Of a stretch of 64,000 nt of DNA, positions 27,501 to 42,416 are shown piece by piece. Origin of the DNA: Eledone cirrhosa (Eukaryota); contig OZ024760.1 in NCBI GenBank assembly GCA_964016885.1, positions 30,690,001 to 30,754,000 of the forward strand, written 5' to 3'. The notes beneath the pieces were generated by a model. It searched no databases. It had not been told where the DNA came from and worked only from the letters and a program-made list of their open reading frames with translations. Positions within the stretch are counted from its first letter, which is position 1; every line of letters begins with the position of its first letter. The translations under genes were made by a program, and so were the position numbers.

Positions 27501-27718
27501 TGCGTAACGTAATGTAATGTAATGTAATGTAATGTGTAATATAATACAACGTAATGTAATGTAATGTAATGTAATATGTAATGTAATATAATATGATATT
27601 ATATAATATAATATAATATTATATACTATGTAATGTAATGTAATGTAATGTAATGTAATGTAATGTAAAGTAATGTAACGTAATGTTTAATGTAATGTAA
27701 TGTGTAATGTAATGTAAT

Positions 27719-27902
27719 TGTTTCTACTTTAGGCACAAGGCCAGCAATTACCCAGTGCATTACTGGTACTTTATTTTATCGACCCCGTAAGGATGAAAGG
27801 CAAAGTCAACCTCGGCGGGATTTGAACTCAGATCGTAAAGGGACGTAACTATGCTGAAAAGCATGGCGTCTGACCCTCTACCGATACTGCCAATCCACAG
27901 CC
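27719..27902 (-). mobile_element. SINE copy 11, full length, subfamily B (same as copy 10)
   Basis: Same variants as copy 10, 3400 bp away. Confidence 0.88.
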
Positions 27903-30900
27903 AATGTGTAATGTAATGTAATTTAATGTAATGTGTAATGTAATGTAATGTGTAATGTAATGTAATGTACTGTGTAATGTCATGTAATGTAATATGATGT
28001 GTAATCTAATGTAATGTAATGTAATGTAATGTAATGTAACGTGTAATGTAACGTAATGTAATGTAATGTAATGTAATGTAATGTAATGTAATGTCTAATG
28101 TAATGTAATGTAATGTAATGTAATGTGTAATGTAATGTAATGTAATGTAATGTAATGTGTAATGTAATGTGTAATGTAATGTAATGTAATGTAATGTAAT
28201 GTAATGTAATGTGTAATGTAATGTGTAATGTAATGTAATGTATAATGTAATGTAATGTAATGTAATGTAATGTGTAACGTAATGTAATGTAATGTAATGT
28301 GTAATGTGTAATGTGTAATGTGTAATGTGTAATGTAATGTAATGTAATGTAATGTAATTTAATGTAATCTAATGTGTAATGTAATGTAATGTAATGTAAT
28401 GTAATGTAATGTAATTTAATGTGTAATGTAACGTAATGTAATGTAATGTAATGTGTAATGTAATGTAATGTAAGGTAATGTAATGTGTAATGTAATGTAA
28501 TATAATGTAATGTAATGTGTAATGCAATGTAATGCAATGTAATGTAATGTAATGTAATGTAATGTAATGTAATGTGTAATGTAATGTAATGTAATGTAAT
28601 GTGTGATGTAACGTAATGTAATGTGTAATGTCATGTAATGTAATGTAATGTAATGTAATGTGTAATGTAGTGTAATGTAATGTAATGTAATGTGTAATGT
28701 AATGTAACGTAATGTAATGTAACGTAATGTGTAATGTAATATAATGTAATGTAATGTAATGTAATGTGTAATGTAATGTAATGTAATGTGTAATGTAATG
28801 TAATGTAATGTAATGTGTGATGTAACGTAATGTAATGTGTAATGTCATGTAATGTAATGTAATGTAATGTAATGTATAATGTAATGTAATGTAATGTAAT
28901 GTAATGTGTAATGTAATGTAATGTAATGTAATGTAATGTTATGTAATGTAATGTAATGTGTAAGGTGTAATGTAATGTAATGTAATGTGTAATGTAATGT
29001 AATGTAATGTGTAAAGTAATGTAATGTAATGTAATGTAATGTTATGTAATGTGTAATGTAAGGTAATGTAACGTAATGCAAGGTAATGTAATATGTAATG
29101 TAATGTAATGTAATGTGTAATGTAAGGTAATGTAATGTAATGTAATGTAATGTGTAATGTAATGTAATGTAATGTAATGTGGAATGTAATGTAATGTAAT
29201 GTGTAATGTAATGTAATGTAATGTAATGTGTAATGTAATGTAATGTAATGTAATGTAATGTGTAATGTAATGTAATGTGTAATGTAATGTAATGTCATGT
29301 GTAATGTAATGTAACGTAATGTAATGTAACGTAATGTGTAATGTAATATAATGTAATGTAATGTAATGTAATGTGTAATGTAATGTAATGTAATGTGTAA
29401 TGTAATGTAACGTAACGTAATGTAATGTGTAATGTAATGTTTAATGTAATGTAATGTAATATGTAATGTAATGTAATGTAATGTAATGTAATGTAATGTA
29501 ATGTAATGCAATGTAATGTAATATAATGTAATGTAATGTAATGTAATTTAAGGTAATGTAATGTAATGTAATGTGTAATGTAATGTAATGTAATGTGTAA
29601 TGTAATGTAATGTGTAATGTAATGTAATGTAATATAATGTAATGTAATATAATGTAATGTAATGTGTAATGTAATGTAATGTAATGTAAAGTTATGTAAT
29701 GTAATGTGTAATGTAATGTAATGTAATATAATGTAATTTAATGTAAGTTAATGTAATGTAATGTAATGTAATGTAATGTAATGTAATGTAATGTAATGTA
29801 ATGTGTAATGTAATGTAATATAATGTAATGTAATGTAATGTGTAATGTAATGTAATGTAATGTAACGTAATGTGTAATATGTAATGTAATGTAATGTAAT
29901 ATAATGTAATGTAATATGTAATGTATTATAATATAATATAATATAATATAATATAATATAATATAATATAATATGTAATGTAATGTAATGTAATGTAATG
30001 TAATGTAACGTAATGTTTAATGTAATGTAATGTGTAATGTAATGTAATGTAATGTAATGTAATGTAATGTAATGTGTAATGTAATGTAATGTGTAATGTA
30101 ATGTAATGTAAAGTAATGTAATGTAATCTGTAATGTAATGTAATGTAATGTGTAATGTGTAATGTAATGTAATGTAATGTAATGTGTAATGTGTAATGTA
30201 ATGTAATGTAATGTAATGTAATGTAATGTGTAATGTAATGTAATGTAATGTAGTGTGTAATGTAATGTAATGTAATGTAATGTAATGTAATTTAAGGTAA
30301 TGCAATGTAATGTAATGTAATGTGTAATGTAATGTAATGTAATGTGTAATGTAATGTAATGTAATGTAATGTAATGTAATGTAATGTAATGTGTAATGTA
30401 ATGTAATGTAATGCGTAATGTAATGTAACGTAATGTAATGTAATGTAATTTAATGTAATGTAATGTAACGTAATGTGTAATATAATGTGTAATGTAATGT
30501 GTAATGTAATGTAATGTAATCTGTAATGTAACGTAATGTAATGTGTAATGTAATGTAATGTAATGTAATGTGTAATGTAATGTAATGTAATATAATGTAA
30601 TGTAATATAATGTAATGTAATGTGTAATGTAATGTAATATAATGTAAAGTTATGTAATATAATGTGTAATGTAATGTAATGTAATATAATGTAATTTAAT
30701 GTAAGGTAATGTAATGTAATGTAATGTAATGTAATGTGTAATGTAATGTAATGTAATGTACTGTAATGTAATGTAATGTAATGTAATGTAATGTGTAATG
30801 TAATGTAATGTAATGTGTAATGTAATGTAATGTAATGTAATGTAATGTAATGTAATGTAATGTAATGTAATGTAATGTATTGTAATGTAATGTAGTGTAA

Positions 30901-31394
30901 TGTAATGTAATGTGTAATGTAATGTGATGTAATGTAATGTAATGTAATGTAATGTGTAATGTAATGTAGTGTAATGTAATGTAATGTAATGTAATGTAAT
31001 GTGTAATGTAATGTGTAATGTAATGTAATGTAATGTAATATAATCTAATGTAATGTGTAATGTAATGTAATGTAATATAATGTAAAGTGTAATGTAATGT
31101 AATGTAATGTAATGTAATGTGTAATGTAATGTAATGTAATATAATGTGTAATGTCATGTAATGCAACATAATGTGTAATGTAATGTAATGTAATGTAATG
31201 TAACGTAATGTAATGTAATGTAACGTGTAATGTAATGTAATGTAATGTAATGTAATATGTAATGTAATATAATATAATATTATATAATATAAAATAATAT
31301 AATATACTATGTAATGTAATGTAATGTAATGTAATGTAATGTAAAGTAATGTAACGTAATGTTTAATGTAATGTAATGTGTAATGTAATGTAAT

Positions 31395-31578
31395 TGTTTC
31401 TACTTTAGGCACAAGGCCAGCAATTACCCAGTGCATTACTGGTACTTTATTTTATCGACCCCGTAAGGATGAACGGCAAAGTCAACCTCGGCGGGATTTG
31501 AACTCAGATCGTAAAGGGACGTAACTATGCTGGAAAGCATGGCGTCTGACCCTCTACCGATACTGCCAATCCACCGCC
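31395..31578 (-). mobile_element. SINE copy 12, full length, subfamily B
   Basis: B-type with private variant gaaCggc. Confidence 0.88.
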
Positions 31579-32291
31579 AATGTGTAATGTAATGTAATGT
31601 AATGTGTAATGTAATGTAATGTGTAATGTAATGTAGTGTAATGTAATGTAATGTAATGTAATGTAATGTAATGTAATGTAATGTAATGTGTAATGTAATG
31701 TAATGTAATGTAATGTAATGTAATATACCGTAATGTAATGTGTAATGTAATGTAATGTATAATGTAATGTAATGTAATGTAATGTAATGTAATGTAATGT
31801 AATGTAATGTAATGTAATGTGTAATGTGTAATGTAATGTAACGTAATGTAATGTGTAATATAATGTAATGTAATGAAATGTAATATAATGTGTAATGTAA
31901 TGTAATGTAATGTAATGTAAAGTGTAACGTGATGTAATGTAATGTAATGTAACGTAATGTGTAATGTAATGTAATGTAATATAAAGTAATGTAATGTGTA
32001 ATGTAATGTAATGTAATGTAATGTGTAATGTAATGTAATGTAATGTAATGTAATGTGTAATGTCATGTAATGTAATGTAACGTGTAATGTAATGTAATGT
32101 AATGTGTAATGTAAGGTAACGTAATGTAATGTAATGTAACGTAATGTGTAATGTAATGTAATGTAATGTAATCTAACGTGTAATTTAATGTCATGTAATG
32201 TAATGTAATGTAATGTAATGTAATGTAATGTAATGTATGGTAATGTAATGTAATGTAATGTGTAATGTAACGTAATGTAATGTAATGTAAT

Positions 32292-32369
32292 TGTTTCTAC
32301 TTTTGGCACAAGGCCAGTAATTACCCAGTGCATTACTGGTACTTTATTTTATCGACCCCGTAAGGATGA
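32292..32369 (-). mobile_element. SINE copy 13, 5'-truncated to 78 bp
   Basis: Runs tgtttctacttttggcac...ccccgtaaggatga, then satellite resumes. Confidence 0.85.
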
Positions 32370-34740
32370 TGTAATGTGTAATGTAATGTAATGTAATGTA
32401 ATGTAATGTGTAATGTAATGTAATGTAATGTAATGTAATGTAATGTAATGTAATGTAATATAATGTAATGTGTAATGTAATGTAATGTAATGTAATGTAA
32501 TGTAATGTGTAATGTAATGTAATGTGTAATGTAATGTAATGTACTGTGTAATGTCATGCAATGTAATATGATGTGTAATCTAATGTAATGTAATGTAATG
32601 TAATGTAATGTAACGTGTAATGTAACGTAATGTAATGTAATGTAACGTGTAATGTAATGTAATGTAATGTAATGTAATGTAATGTAATGTCTAATGTAAT
32701 GTAATGTAATGTAATGTAATGTATAATGTAATGTAATGTAATGTAATGTGTAACGTAATGTAATGTAATGTAATGTAATGTGTAATGTGTAATGTGTAAT
32801 GTAATGTAATGTAATATAATGTAATGTAATTTAATGTAATGTAATGTGTAATGTAATGTAATGTAATGTAATGTAATGTAATGTAATGTAATGTAATGTG
32901 TAATGTAACGTAATGTAATGTAATGTAATGTAATGTGTAATATAATGTAATGTAATGTAATGTGTAATATGTAATGTAATGTAATGTAATGTAATGTAAT
33001 GTAATGTAATATGTAATGTATTATAATATAATATAATATAATATAATATAATATGTAATGTAATGTAATGTAATGTAATGTAATGTAACGTAATGTTTAA
33101 TGTAATGTAATGTGTAATGTAATGTAATGTAATGTAATGTGTAATGTAATGTAAAGTGTAATGTAATGTAATGTAATGTAATGTAATGTAATGTGTAATG
33201 TGTAATGTAATGTAATGTAATGTAATGTAATGTAATGTAATGTAATGTAATGTAATGTGTAATGTAATGTAACGTAATGTAATGTAATGTAATGTAATGT
33301 GTAATGTAATGTAATGTAATGTAATGTAATGTGTAATGTAATGTAATGTAATGTAATGTAATGTAATGTGTAATGTAATGTAATGTAATGTAATGTAATG
33401 TAATGTAATGTAATGTGTAATGTAATGTAATGTAATGTAATGTATAATGTAATGTAATGTAATGTAATGTAATGTGTAAGGTAATGTAATGTAATTTAAT
33501 GTGATGTAATGTAATGTAATGTAATGTAATGTAATGTAATGTAATGTAATGTAATGTAATGTAATGTGTAATGTAATGTAATGTAATGTAATGTAATGTT
33601 ATGTAATGTGTAATGTAAGGTAATGTAACGTAATGCAAGGTAATGTAATATGTAATGTAATGTAATGTAATGTGTAATGTAAGGTAATGTAATGTAATGT
33701 AATGTAATGTGTAATGTAATGTAATGTAATGTAATGTGGAATGTAATGTAATGTATTGTAATGTAACGTGTAATGTAATGTAATGTAATGTAATGTGTAA
33801 TGTAATGTAATGTAATGTAATGTAATGTGTAATGTAATGTAATGTGTAATGTAATGTAATGTCATGTGTAATGTAATGTAACGTAATGTAATGTAACGTA
33901 ATGTGTAATGTAATATAATGTAATGTAATGTAATGTAATGTGTAATGTAATGTAATGTAATGTGTAATGTAATGTAACGTAACGTAATGTAGTGTGTAAT
34001 GTAATGTTTAATGTAATGTTATGTAATGTAATATGTAATGTAATGTAATGTAATGTAATGTAATGTAATGTAATATAATGTAATGTAATTTAAGGTAATG
34101 TAATGTAATGTGTAATGTAATGTAATGTAATGTGTAATGTAATGTAATGTAATGTGTAATGTAATGTAATGTAATGCGTAATGTAATGTAACGTAATGTA
34201 ATGTAATGTAATTTAATGTAATGTAATGTAACGTAATGTGTAATGTAATGTGTAATGTAATGTAATGTAATCTGTAATGTAATGTAACGTAATGTAATGT
34301 GTAATGTAATGTAACGTAATGTAAGGTGTAATGTAATGTAATGTAATATAATGTAATGTAATATAATGTAATGTAATGTGTAATGTAATGTAATGTAATG
34401 TAAAGTTATGTAATGTAATGTGTAATGTAATGTAATGTAATATAATGTAATTTAATGTAAGGTAATGTAATGTAATGTAAAGTGTAATTTAATGTAATGT
34501 AATGTAATGTAATGTAATGTGATGTAATGTAATGTAATGTGTAATGTAATGTAATATAATGTAATGTAATGTAATGTGTAATGTAATGTAATGTAATGTA
34601 ATGTAATGTAATATAATGTGTACTGTAATGTAATGTAATGTGTAATGTAATGTAATGTAATGCAATGCAATGCAATGTAATGTAATGTAATGTGTAATGT
34701 AATGTAATGTAATGTAATGTAATGTGTAATGTAATGTAAT

Positions 34741-34844
34741 TGTTTCTACTTTTGGCACAAGGCCAGCAATTACCCAGTGCATTACTGGTACTTTATTTTA
34801 TCGACCCCGTAAGGATGAAAGGCAAAGTCAACCTCGGCGGGATT
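34741..34844 (-). mobile_element. SINE copy 14, 5'-truncated to 104 bp
   Basis: Ends at cggcgggatt|gtgtaatg, inside the B box. Carries the ttttgg variant. Confidence 0.87.
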
Positions 34845-36741
34845 GTGTAATGTAATGTAATGTAATGTAATGTAATGTAATGTAATGTAATGTGTAATGT
34901 AATGTAACGTAATGTAATGTAATGTGTAATATGTAATGTAATGTAATGTAATGTAATGTAATATGTAATGTATTATAATATAATATAATATAATATAATA
35001 TAATATAATATAATATGTAATGTAATGTAATGTAATGTAATGTAATGTAATGTAATGTAACGTAATGTTTAATGTAATGTAATGTGTAATGTAATGTAAT
35101 GTAATGTAATGTAATGTGTAATGTAATGTAATGTGTAATGTAATGTAATGTAAAGTAATGTAATGTTATCTGTAATGTAATGTAATGTAATGTAATGTAA
35201 TGTAATGTGTAATGTGTAATGTAATGTAATGTGTAATGTGTAATGTAATGTAATGTAATGTAATGTGTAATGTAATGTAATGTAATGTAATGTAATGTAA
35301 TGTAATGTAATGTAATGTAATGTAATGTGTAATGTAATGTAATGTAATGTAGTGTGTAATGTAATGTAATGTAATGTAATGTAATGTAATGTGTAATGTG
35401 TAATGTAATGTAATGTAATGTAATGTAATGTAATGTAATGTAATGTGTAATGTAATGTAATGTAATGTAATGTATAATGTAATGTAATGTAATGTAATGT
35501 AATGTAATGTAATGTAATGTAATGTAATGTAATGTATAATGTAAGGTAACGTAATGTAATGTAATGTGTAATGTAATGTAATGTAATATAATGTGTAATG
35601 TAAAGTAATGTAATGTAATGTAATGTAATGTAATGTGTAATGTAATTTAATGTAATGTAATGTAATGTTATGTAATGTAATGTGTAAGGTGTAATGTAAT
35701 GTAATGTAATGTAATGTAATGTGTAATGTAATGTAATGTAATGTAATGTAATGTTATGTAATGTGTAATGTAAGGTAATGTAACGTAATGCAATGTAATG
35801 TAATATGTAATGTAATGTAATGTATTGTGTAATGTAAGGTAATGTAATGTAATGTAATGTAATGTAATGTAATGTAATGTAATGTAATGTGTAATGTAAT
35901 GTAATGTAATGTAATGTGGAATGTAATGTAATGTAATGTAATGTGTAATGTAATGTAATGTAATGTAATATAATGTAATGTAATGTAATGTAATGTGTAA
36001 TGTAATGTGTAATGTAATGTAATGTATAATGTAATGTAATGTAATGTAATGTAATGTGTAACGTAATGTAATGTAATGTAATGTGTAATGTGTAATGTGT
36101 AATGTGTAATGTGTAATGTAATGTAATGTAATGTAATGTAATGTAATTTAATGTAATGTAATGTGTAATGTAATGTAATGTAATGTAATGTAATGTAATG
36201 TAATGTAATGTAATTTAATGTGTAATGTAACGTAATGTAATGTAATGTAATGTGTAATGTAATGTAATGTAAGGTAATGTAATGTGTAATGTAATGTAAT
36301 ATAATGTAATGTAATGTGTAATGCAATGTAATGCAATGTAATGTAATGTAATGTAATGTAATGTAATGTAATGTGTAATGTAATATAATGTAATGTAATG
36401 TGTGATGTAACGTAATGTAATGTGTAATGTCATGTAATGTAATGTAATGTAATGTAATGTGCAATGTAGTGTAATGTAATGTAATGTGTAATGTAAGGTA
36501 ACGTAATGTAATGTAATGTAATGTAATGTGTAATGTAATGTAATGTAATGTGTAATGTAATGTAATGTAATATAATGTAATGTAATGTGTAATGTAAGGT
36601 AACGTAATGTAATGTAATGTAATGTAATGTGTAATGTAATGTAATGTAATGTGTAATGTAATGTAATGTAATGTGTAATGTAATGTAATGTAATATAATG
36701 TAATGTAATGTGTAATGTAATGTAATGTAATGTAAAGTAAT

Positions 36742-36925
36742 TGTTTCTACTTTAGGCACAAGGCCAGCAATTACCCAGTGCATTACTGGTACTTTATTTT
36801 ATCGACCCTGTAAGGATGAAAGGCAAAGTCAACCTCGGCGGGATTTGAACTCAGATCATAAAGGGACGTAACTATGCTGGAAAGCATGGCGTCCGACCCT
36901 CTACCGATACTGCCAATCCACCGCC
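36742..36925 (-). mobile_element. SINE copy 15, full length, variant C with extra 5' bases
   Basis: ccctgtaagg, gatcataaa, ggcgtccgacc, followed by the non-satellite bases tctggtgt. Confidence 0.88.
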
Positions 36926-38533
36926 TCTGGTGTATGTAATGTAAAGTAATGTAATGTAATGTGTAATGTAATGTAATGTGTAATGTAACGTAATGTAATG
37001 TAATGTAATGTGTAATCTCATGTAATGTAATGTAATGTGTAATGTAATGTAATGTAACGTAATGTGTAATGTAAGGTAACGTAATGTAATGTAATGTAAT
37101 GTGAAATGTAATGTAATGTAATGTAATGTAATGTGTAATTTAATGTAATGTAATGTAATGTAAAGTGTAATGTAATGTAATGTAATGTAACGTAATGTAA
37201 TGTAATGTAATGTGTAATGTAATGTAATGTAATGTAATGTAATGTAATGTATAATGTAATATAATGTAATGTAATGTAATGTAATGTAACGTAATGTAAC
37301 GTAATGTAATGTAATGTAATGTAATGTGTAATGTGTAATGTAATGTAATGTAATGTAATGTAATGTAATGTCTAATGTGTAATGTAATGTAATGTAATGT
37401 AATATAATGTAATATAATGTAATGTGTAATGTAATGTAATGTAATGAAATGTAATGTAAAGTGTAATGTAATGTAACGTAATGTAATGTGTAATGTAATG
37501 TAATGTAATGTAATGTAATGTAATGTAATGTAATATAATGTGTAATGTAATGTAATGTAAAGTGTAACGTAATGTAATGTAATGTAATGTAATGTAATGT
37601 GTAATGTAATGTAATGTAACGTAATGTGTAATGTAATGTAATGTAATGTAATGTAATATAAAGTAATGTAATGTGCAATGTAATGTAATGTAATGTAATG
37701 TAATGTGTAATGTAATGTAATGTAATGTAATGTGTAATGTCATGTAATGTAATGTAACGTGTAATGTAAGGTAACGTAATGTAATGTAATGTAATGTAAT
37801 GTGTAATGTAATGTAATGTAATGTAATGTAACGTGTAATTTAATGTAATGTAATGTAATGTAATGTAATGTGTAATGTAACGTAATGTATTGTAATGTAA
37901 TGTAATTTAATGTAATGTAATGTAATGTAATGTGTAATGTAATGTAATGTAATGTAATGTAATTTGTAATGTAATGTAATGTAATGTAATGTGTAACATA
38001 ATGTAATGTAATGTAATGTAATGTGTAATGTAATGTAATGTAATGTAATGTAATGTAATGCGTAACGTAATGTAATGTAATGTAATGTAATGTGTAATAT
38101 AATACAACGTAATGTAATGTAATGTAATGTAATATGTAATGTAATATAATATGATATTATATAATATAATATAATATAATATACTATGTAATGTAATGTA
38201 ATGTAATGTAATGTAATGTAATGTAATGTAAAGTAATGTAATGTAATGTAATGTAATGTAATGTAATGTAATGTGTAATGTAACGTAATGTAATGTAATG
38301 TAATGTAATGTGTAATGTAATGTAATGTGTAATGTAATGTAATGTAATGTAATGTAATGTAATGTAATGTGTAATGTAATGTAATGTAATGTAATGTAAT
38401 GTAATATAATGTGTACTGTAATGTAATGTAATGTGTAATGTAATGTAATGTAATGCAATGCAATGCAATGTAATGTAATGTAATGTGTAATGTAATGTAA
38501 TGTAATGTAATGTAATGTGTAATGTAATGTAAT

Positions 38534-38637
38534 TGTTTCTACTTTTGGCACAAGGCCAGCAATTACCCAGTGCATTACTGGTACTTTATTTTATCGACCC
38601 CGTAAGGATGAAAGGCAAAGTCAACCTCGGCGGGATT
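38534..38637 (-). mobile_element. SINE copy 16, 5'-truncated to 104 bp
   Basis: Same as copy 14. Confidence 0.87.
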
Positions 38638-40531
38638 GTGTAATGTAATGTAATGTAATGTAATGTAATGTAATGTAATGTAATGTGTAATGTAATGTAA
38701 CGTAATGTAATGTAATGTGTAATATGTAATGTAATGTAATGTAATGTAATGTAATATGTAATGTATTATAATATAATATAATATAATATAATATAATATA
38801 ATATAATATGTAATGTAATGTAATGTAATGTAATGTAATGTAATGTAATGTAACGTAATGTTTAATGTAATGTAATGTGTAATGTAATGTAATGTAATGT
38901 AATGTAATGTGTAATGTAATGTAATGTGTAATGTAATGTAATGTAAAGTAATGTAATGTTATCTGTAATGTAATGTAATGTAATGTAATGTAATGTAATG
39001 TGTAATGTGTAATGTAATGTAATGTGTAATGTGTAATGTAATGTAATGTAATGTAATGTGTAATGTAATGTAATGTAATGTAATGTAATGTAATGTAATG
39101 TAATGTAATGTAATGTAATGTGTAATGTAATGTAATGTAATGTAGTGTGTAATGTAATGTAATGTAATGTAATGTAATGTAATGTGTAATGTGTAATGTA
39201 ATGTAATGTAATGTAATGTAATGTAATGTAATGTGTAATGTAATGTAATGTAATGTAATGTATAATGTAATGTAATGTAATGTAATGTAATGTAATGTAA
39301 TGTAATGTAATGTAATGTAATGTATAATGTAAGGTAACGTAATGTAATGTAATGTGTAATGTAATGTAATGTAATATAATGTGTAATGTAAAGTAATGTA
39401 ATGTAATGTAATGTAATGTAATGTGTAATGTAATTTAATGTAATGTAATGTAATGTTATGTAATGTAATGTGTAAGGTGTAATGTAATGTAATGTAATGT
39501 AATGTAATGTAATGTGTAATGTAATGTAATGTAATGTAATGTAATGTTATGTAATGTGTAATGTAAGGTAATGTAACGTAATGCAATGTAATGTAATATG
39601 TAATGTAATGTAATGTATTGTGTAATGTAAGGTAATGTAATGTAATGTAATGTAATGTAATGTAATGTAATGTGTAATGTAATGTAATGTAATGTAATGT
39701 GGAATGTAATGTAATGTAATGTAATGTGTAATGTAATGTAATGTAATGTAATATAATGTAATGTAATGTAATGTAATGTGTAATGTAATGTGTAATGTAA
39801 TGTAATGTATAATGTAATGTAATGTAATGTAATGTAATGTGTAACGTAATGTAATGTAATGTAATGTGTAATGTGTAATGTGTAATGTGTAATGTGTAAT
39901 GTGTAATGTAATGTAATGTAATGTAATGTAATGTAATTTAATGTAATGTAATGTGTAATGTAATGTAATGTAATGTAATGTAATGTAATGTAATGTAATG
40001 TAATTTAATGTGTAATGTAACGTAATGTAATGTAATGTAATGTGTAATGTAATGTAATGTAAGGTAATGTAATGTGTAATGTAATGTAATATAATGTAAT
40101 GTAATGTGTAATGCAATGTAATGCAATGTAATGTAATGTAATGTAATGTAATGTAATGTAATGTGTAATGTAATGTAATGTAATGTAATGTGTGATGTAA
40201 CGTAATGTAATGTGTAATGTCATGTAATGTAATGTAATGTAATGTAATGTGCAATGTAGTGTAATGTAATGTAATGTGTAATGTAAGGTAACGTAATGTA
40301 ATGTAATGTAATGTAATGTGTAATGTAATGTAATGTAATGTGTAATGTAATGTAATGTAATATAATGTAATGTAATGTGTAATGTAAGGTAACGTAATGT
40401 AATGTAATGTAATGTAATGTGTAATGTAATGTAATGTAATGTGTAATGTAATGTAATGTAATGTGTAATGTAATGTAATGTAATATAATGTAATGTAATG
40501 TGTAATGTAATGTAATGTAATGTAAAGTAAT

Positions 40532-40715
40532 TGTTTCTACTTTAGGCACAAGGCCAGCAATTACCCAGTGCATTACTGGTACTTTATTTTATCGACCCTG
40601 TAAGGATGAAAGGCAAAGTCAACCTCGGCGGGATTTGAACTCAGATCATAAAGGGACGTAACTATGCTGGAAAGCATGGCGTCCGACCCTCTACCGATAC
40701 TGCCAATCCACCGCC
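40532..40715 (-). mobile_element. SINE copy 17, full length, variant C
   Basis: Same as copy 15, 3790 bp away. Confidence 0.88.
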
Positions 40716-42313
40716 TCTGGTGTATGTAATGTAAAGTAATGTAATGTAATGTGTAATGTAATGTAATGTGTAATGTAACGTAATGTAATGTAATGTAATG
40801 TGTAATCTCATGTAATGTAATGTAATGTGTAATGTAATGTAATGTAACGTAATGTGTAATGTAAGGTAACGTAATGTAATGTAATGTAATGTGAAATGTA
40901 ATGTAATGTAATGTAATGTAATGTGTAATTTAATGTAATGTAATGTAATGTAAAGTGTAATGTAATGTAATGTAATGTAACGTAATGTAATGTAATGTAA
41001 TGTGTAATGTAATGTAATGTAATGTAATGTAATGTAATGTATAATGTAATATAATGTAATGTAATGTAATGTAATGTAACGTAATGTAACGTAATGTAAT
41101 GTAATGTAATGTAATGTGTAATGTGTAATGTAATGTAATGTAATGTAATGTAATGTAATGTCTAATGTGTAATGTAATGTAATGTAATGTAATATAATGT
41201 AATATAATGTAATGTGTAATGTAATGTAATGTAATGAAATGTAATGTAAAGTGTAATGTAATGTAACGTAATGTAATGTGTAATGTAATGTAATGTAATG
41301 TAATGTAATGTAATGTAATGTAATATAATGTGTAATGTAATGTAATGTAAAGTGTAACGTAATGTAATGTAATGTAATGTAATGTAATGTGTAATGTAAT
41401 GTAATGTAACGTAATGTGTAATGTAATGTAATGTAATGTAATGTAATATAAAGTAATGTAATGTGCAATGTAATGTAATGTAATGTAATGTAATGTGTAA
41501 TGTAATGTAATGTAATGTAATGTGTAATGTCATGTAATGTAATGTAACGTGTAATGTAAGGTAACGTAATGTAATGTAATGTAATGTAATGTGTAATGTA
41601 ATGTAATGTAATGTAATGTAACGTGTAATTTAATGTAATGTAATGTAATGTAATGTAATGTGTAATGTAACGTAATGTATTGTAATGTAATGTAATTTAA
41701 TGTAATGTAATGTAATGTAATGTGTAATGTAATGTAATGTAATGTAATGTAATTTGTAATGTAATGTAATGTAATGTAATGTGTAACATAATGTAATGTA
41801 ATGTAATGTAATGTGTAATGTAATGTAATGTAATGTAATGTAATGTAATGCGTAACGTAATGTAATGTAATGTAATGTAATGTGTAATATAATACAACGT
41901 AATGTAATGTAATGTAATGTAATATGTAATGTAATATAATATGATATTATATAATATAATATAATATAATATACTATGTAATGTAATGTAATGTAATGTA
42001 ATGTAATGTAATGTAATGTAAAGTAATGTAATGTAATGTAATGTAATGTAATGTAATGTAATGTAATGTGTAATGTAACGTAATGTAATGTAATGTAATG
42101 TAATGTGTAATGTAATGTAATGTGTAATGTAATGTAATGTAATGTAATGTAATGTAATGTAATGTGTAATGTAATGTAATGTAATGTAATGTAATATAAT
42201 GTGTAATGTAATGTAATGTAATGTGTAATGTAATGTAATGTAATGCAATGCAATGCAATGTAATGAAATGTAATGTGTAATGTAATGTAATGTAATGTGT
42301 AATGTAATGTAAT

Positions 42314-42416
42314 TGTTTCTATTTTGGCACAAGGCCAGCAATTACCCAGTGCATTACTGGTACTTTATTTTATCGACCCCGTAAGGATGAAAGGCAAAGT
42401 CAACCTCGGCGGGATT
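42314..42416 (-). mobile_element. SINE copy 18, 5'-truncated, 103 bp
   Basis: Same as copy 14 with a 1-bp deletion (ttctattttgg). Confidence 0.87.

Larger units (their letters stand above)
23900..30450. repeat. ~3.2-3.4-kb higher-order tandem duplication (boundaries approximate)
   Basis: Copies 10 and 11 are identical at offset 3400. Shared markers aatacaacg, aagttaatg, tttaaggtaatgca. Confidence 0.7.
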
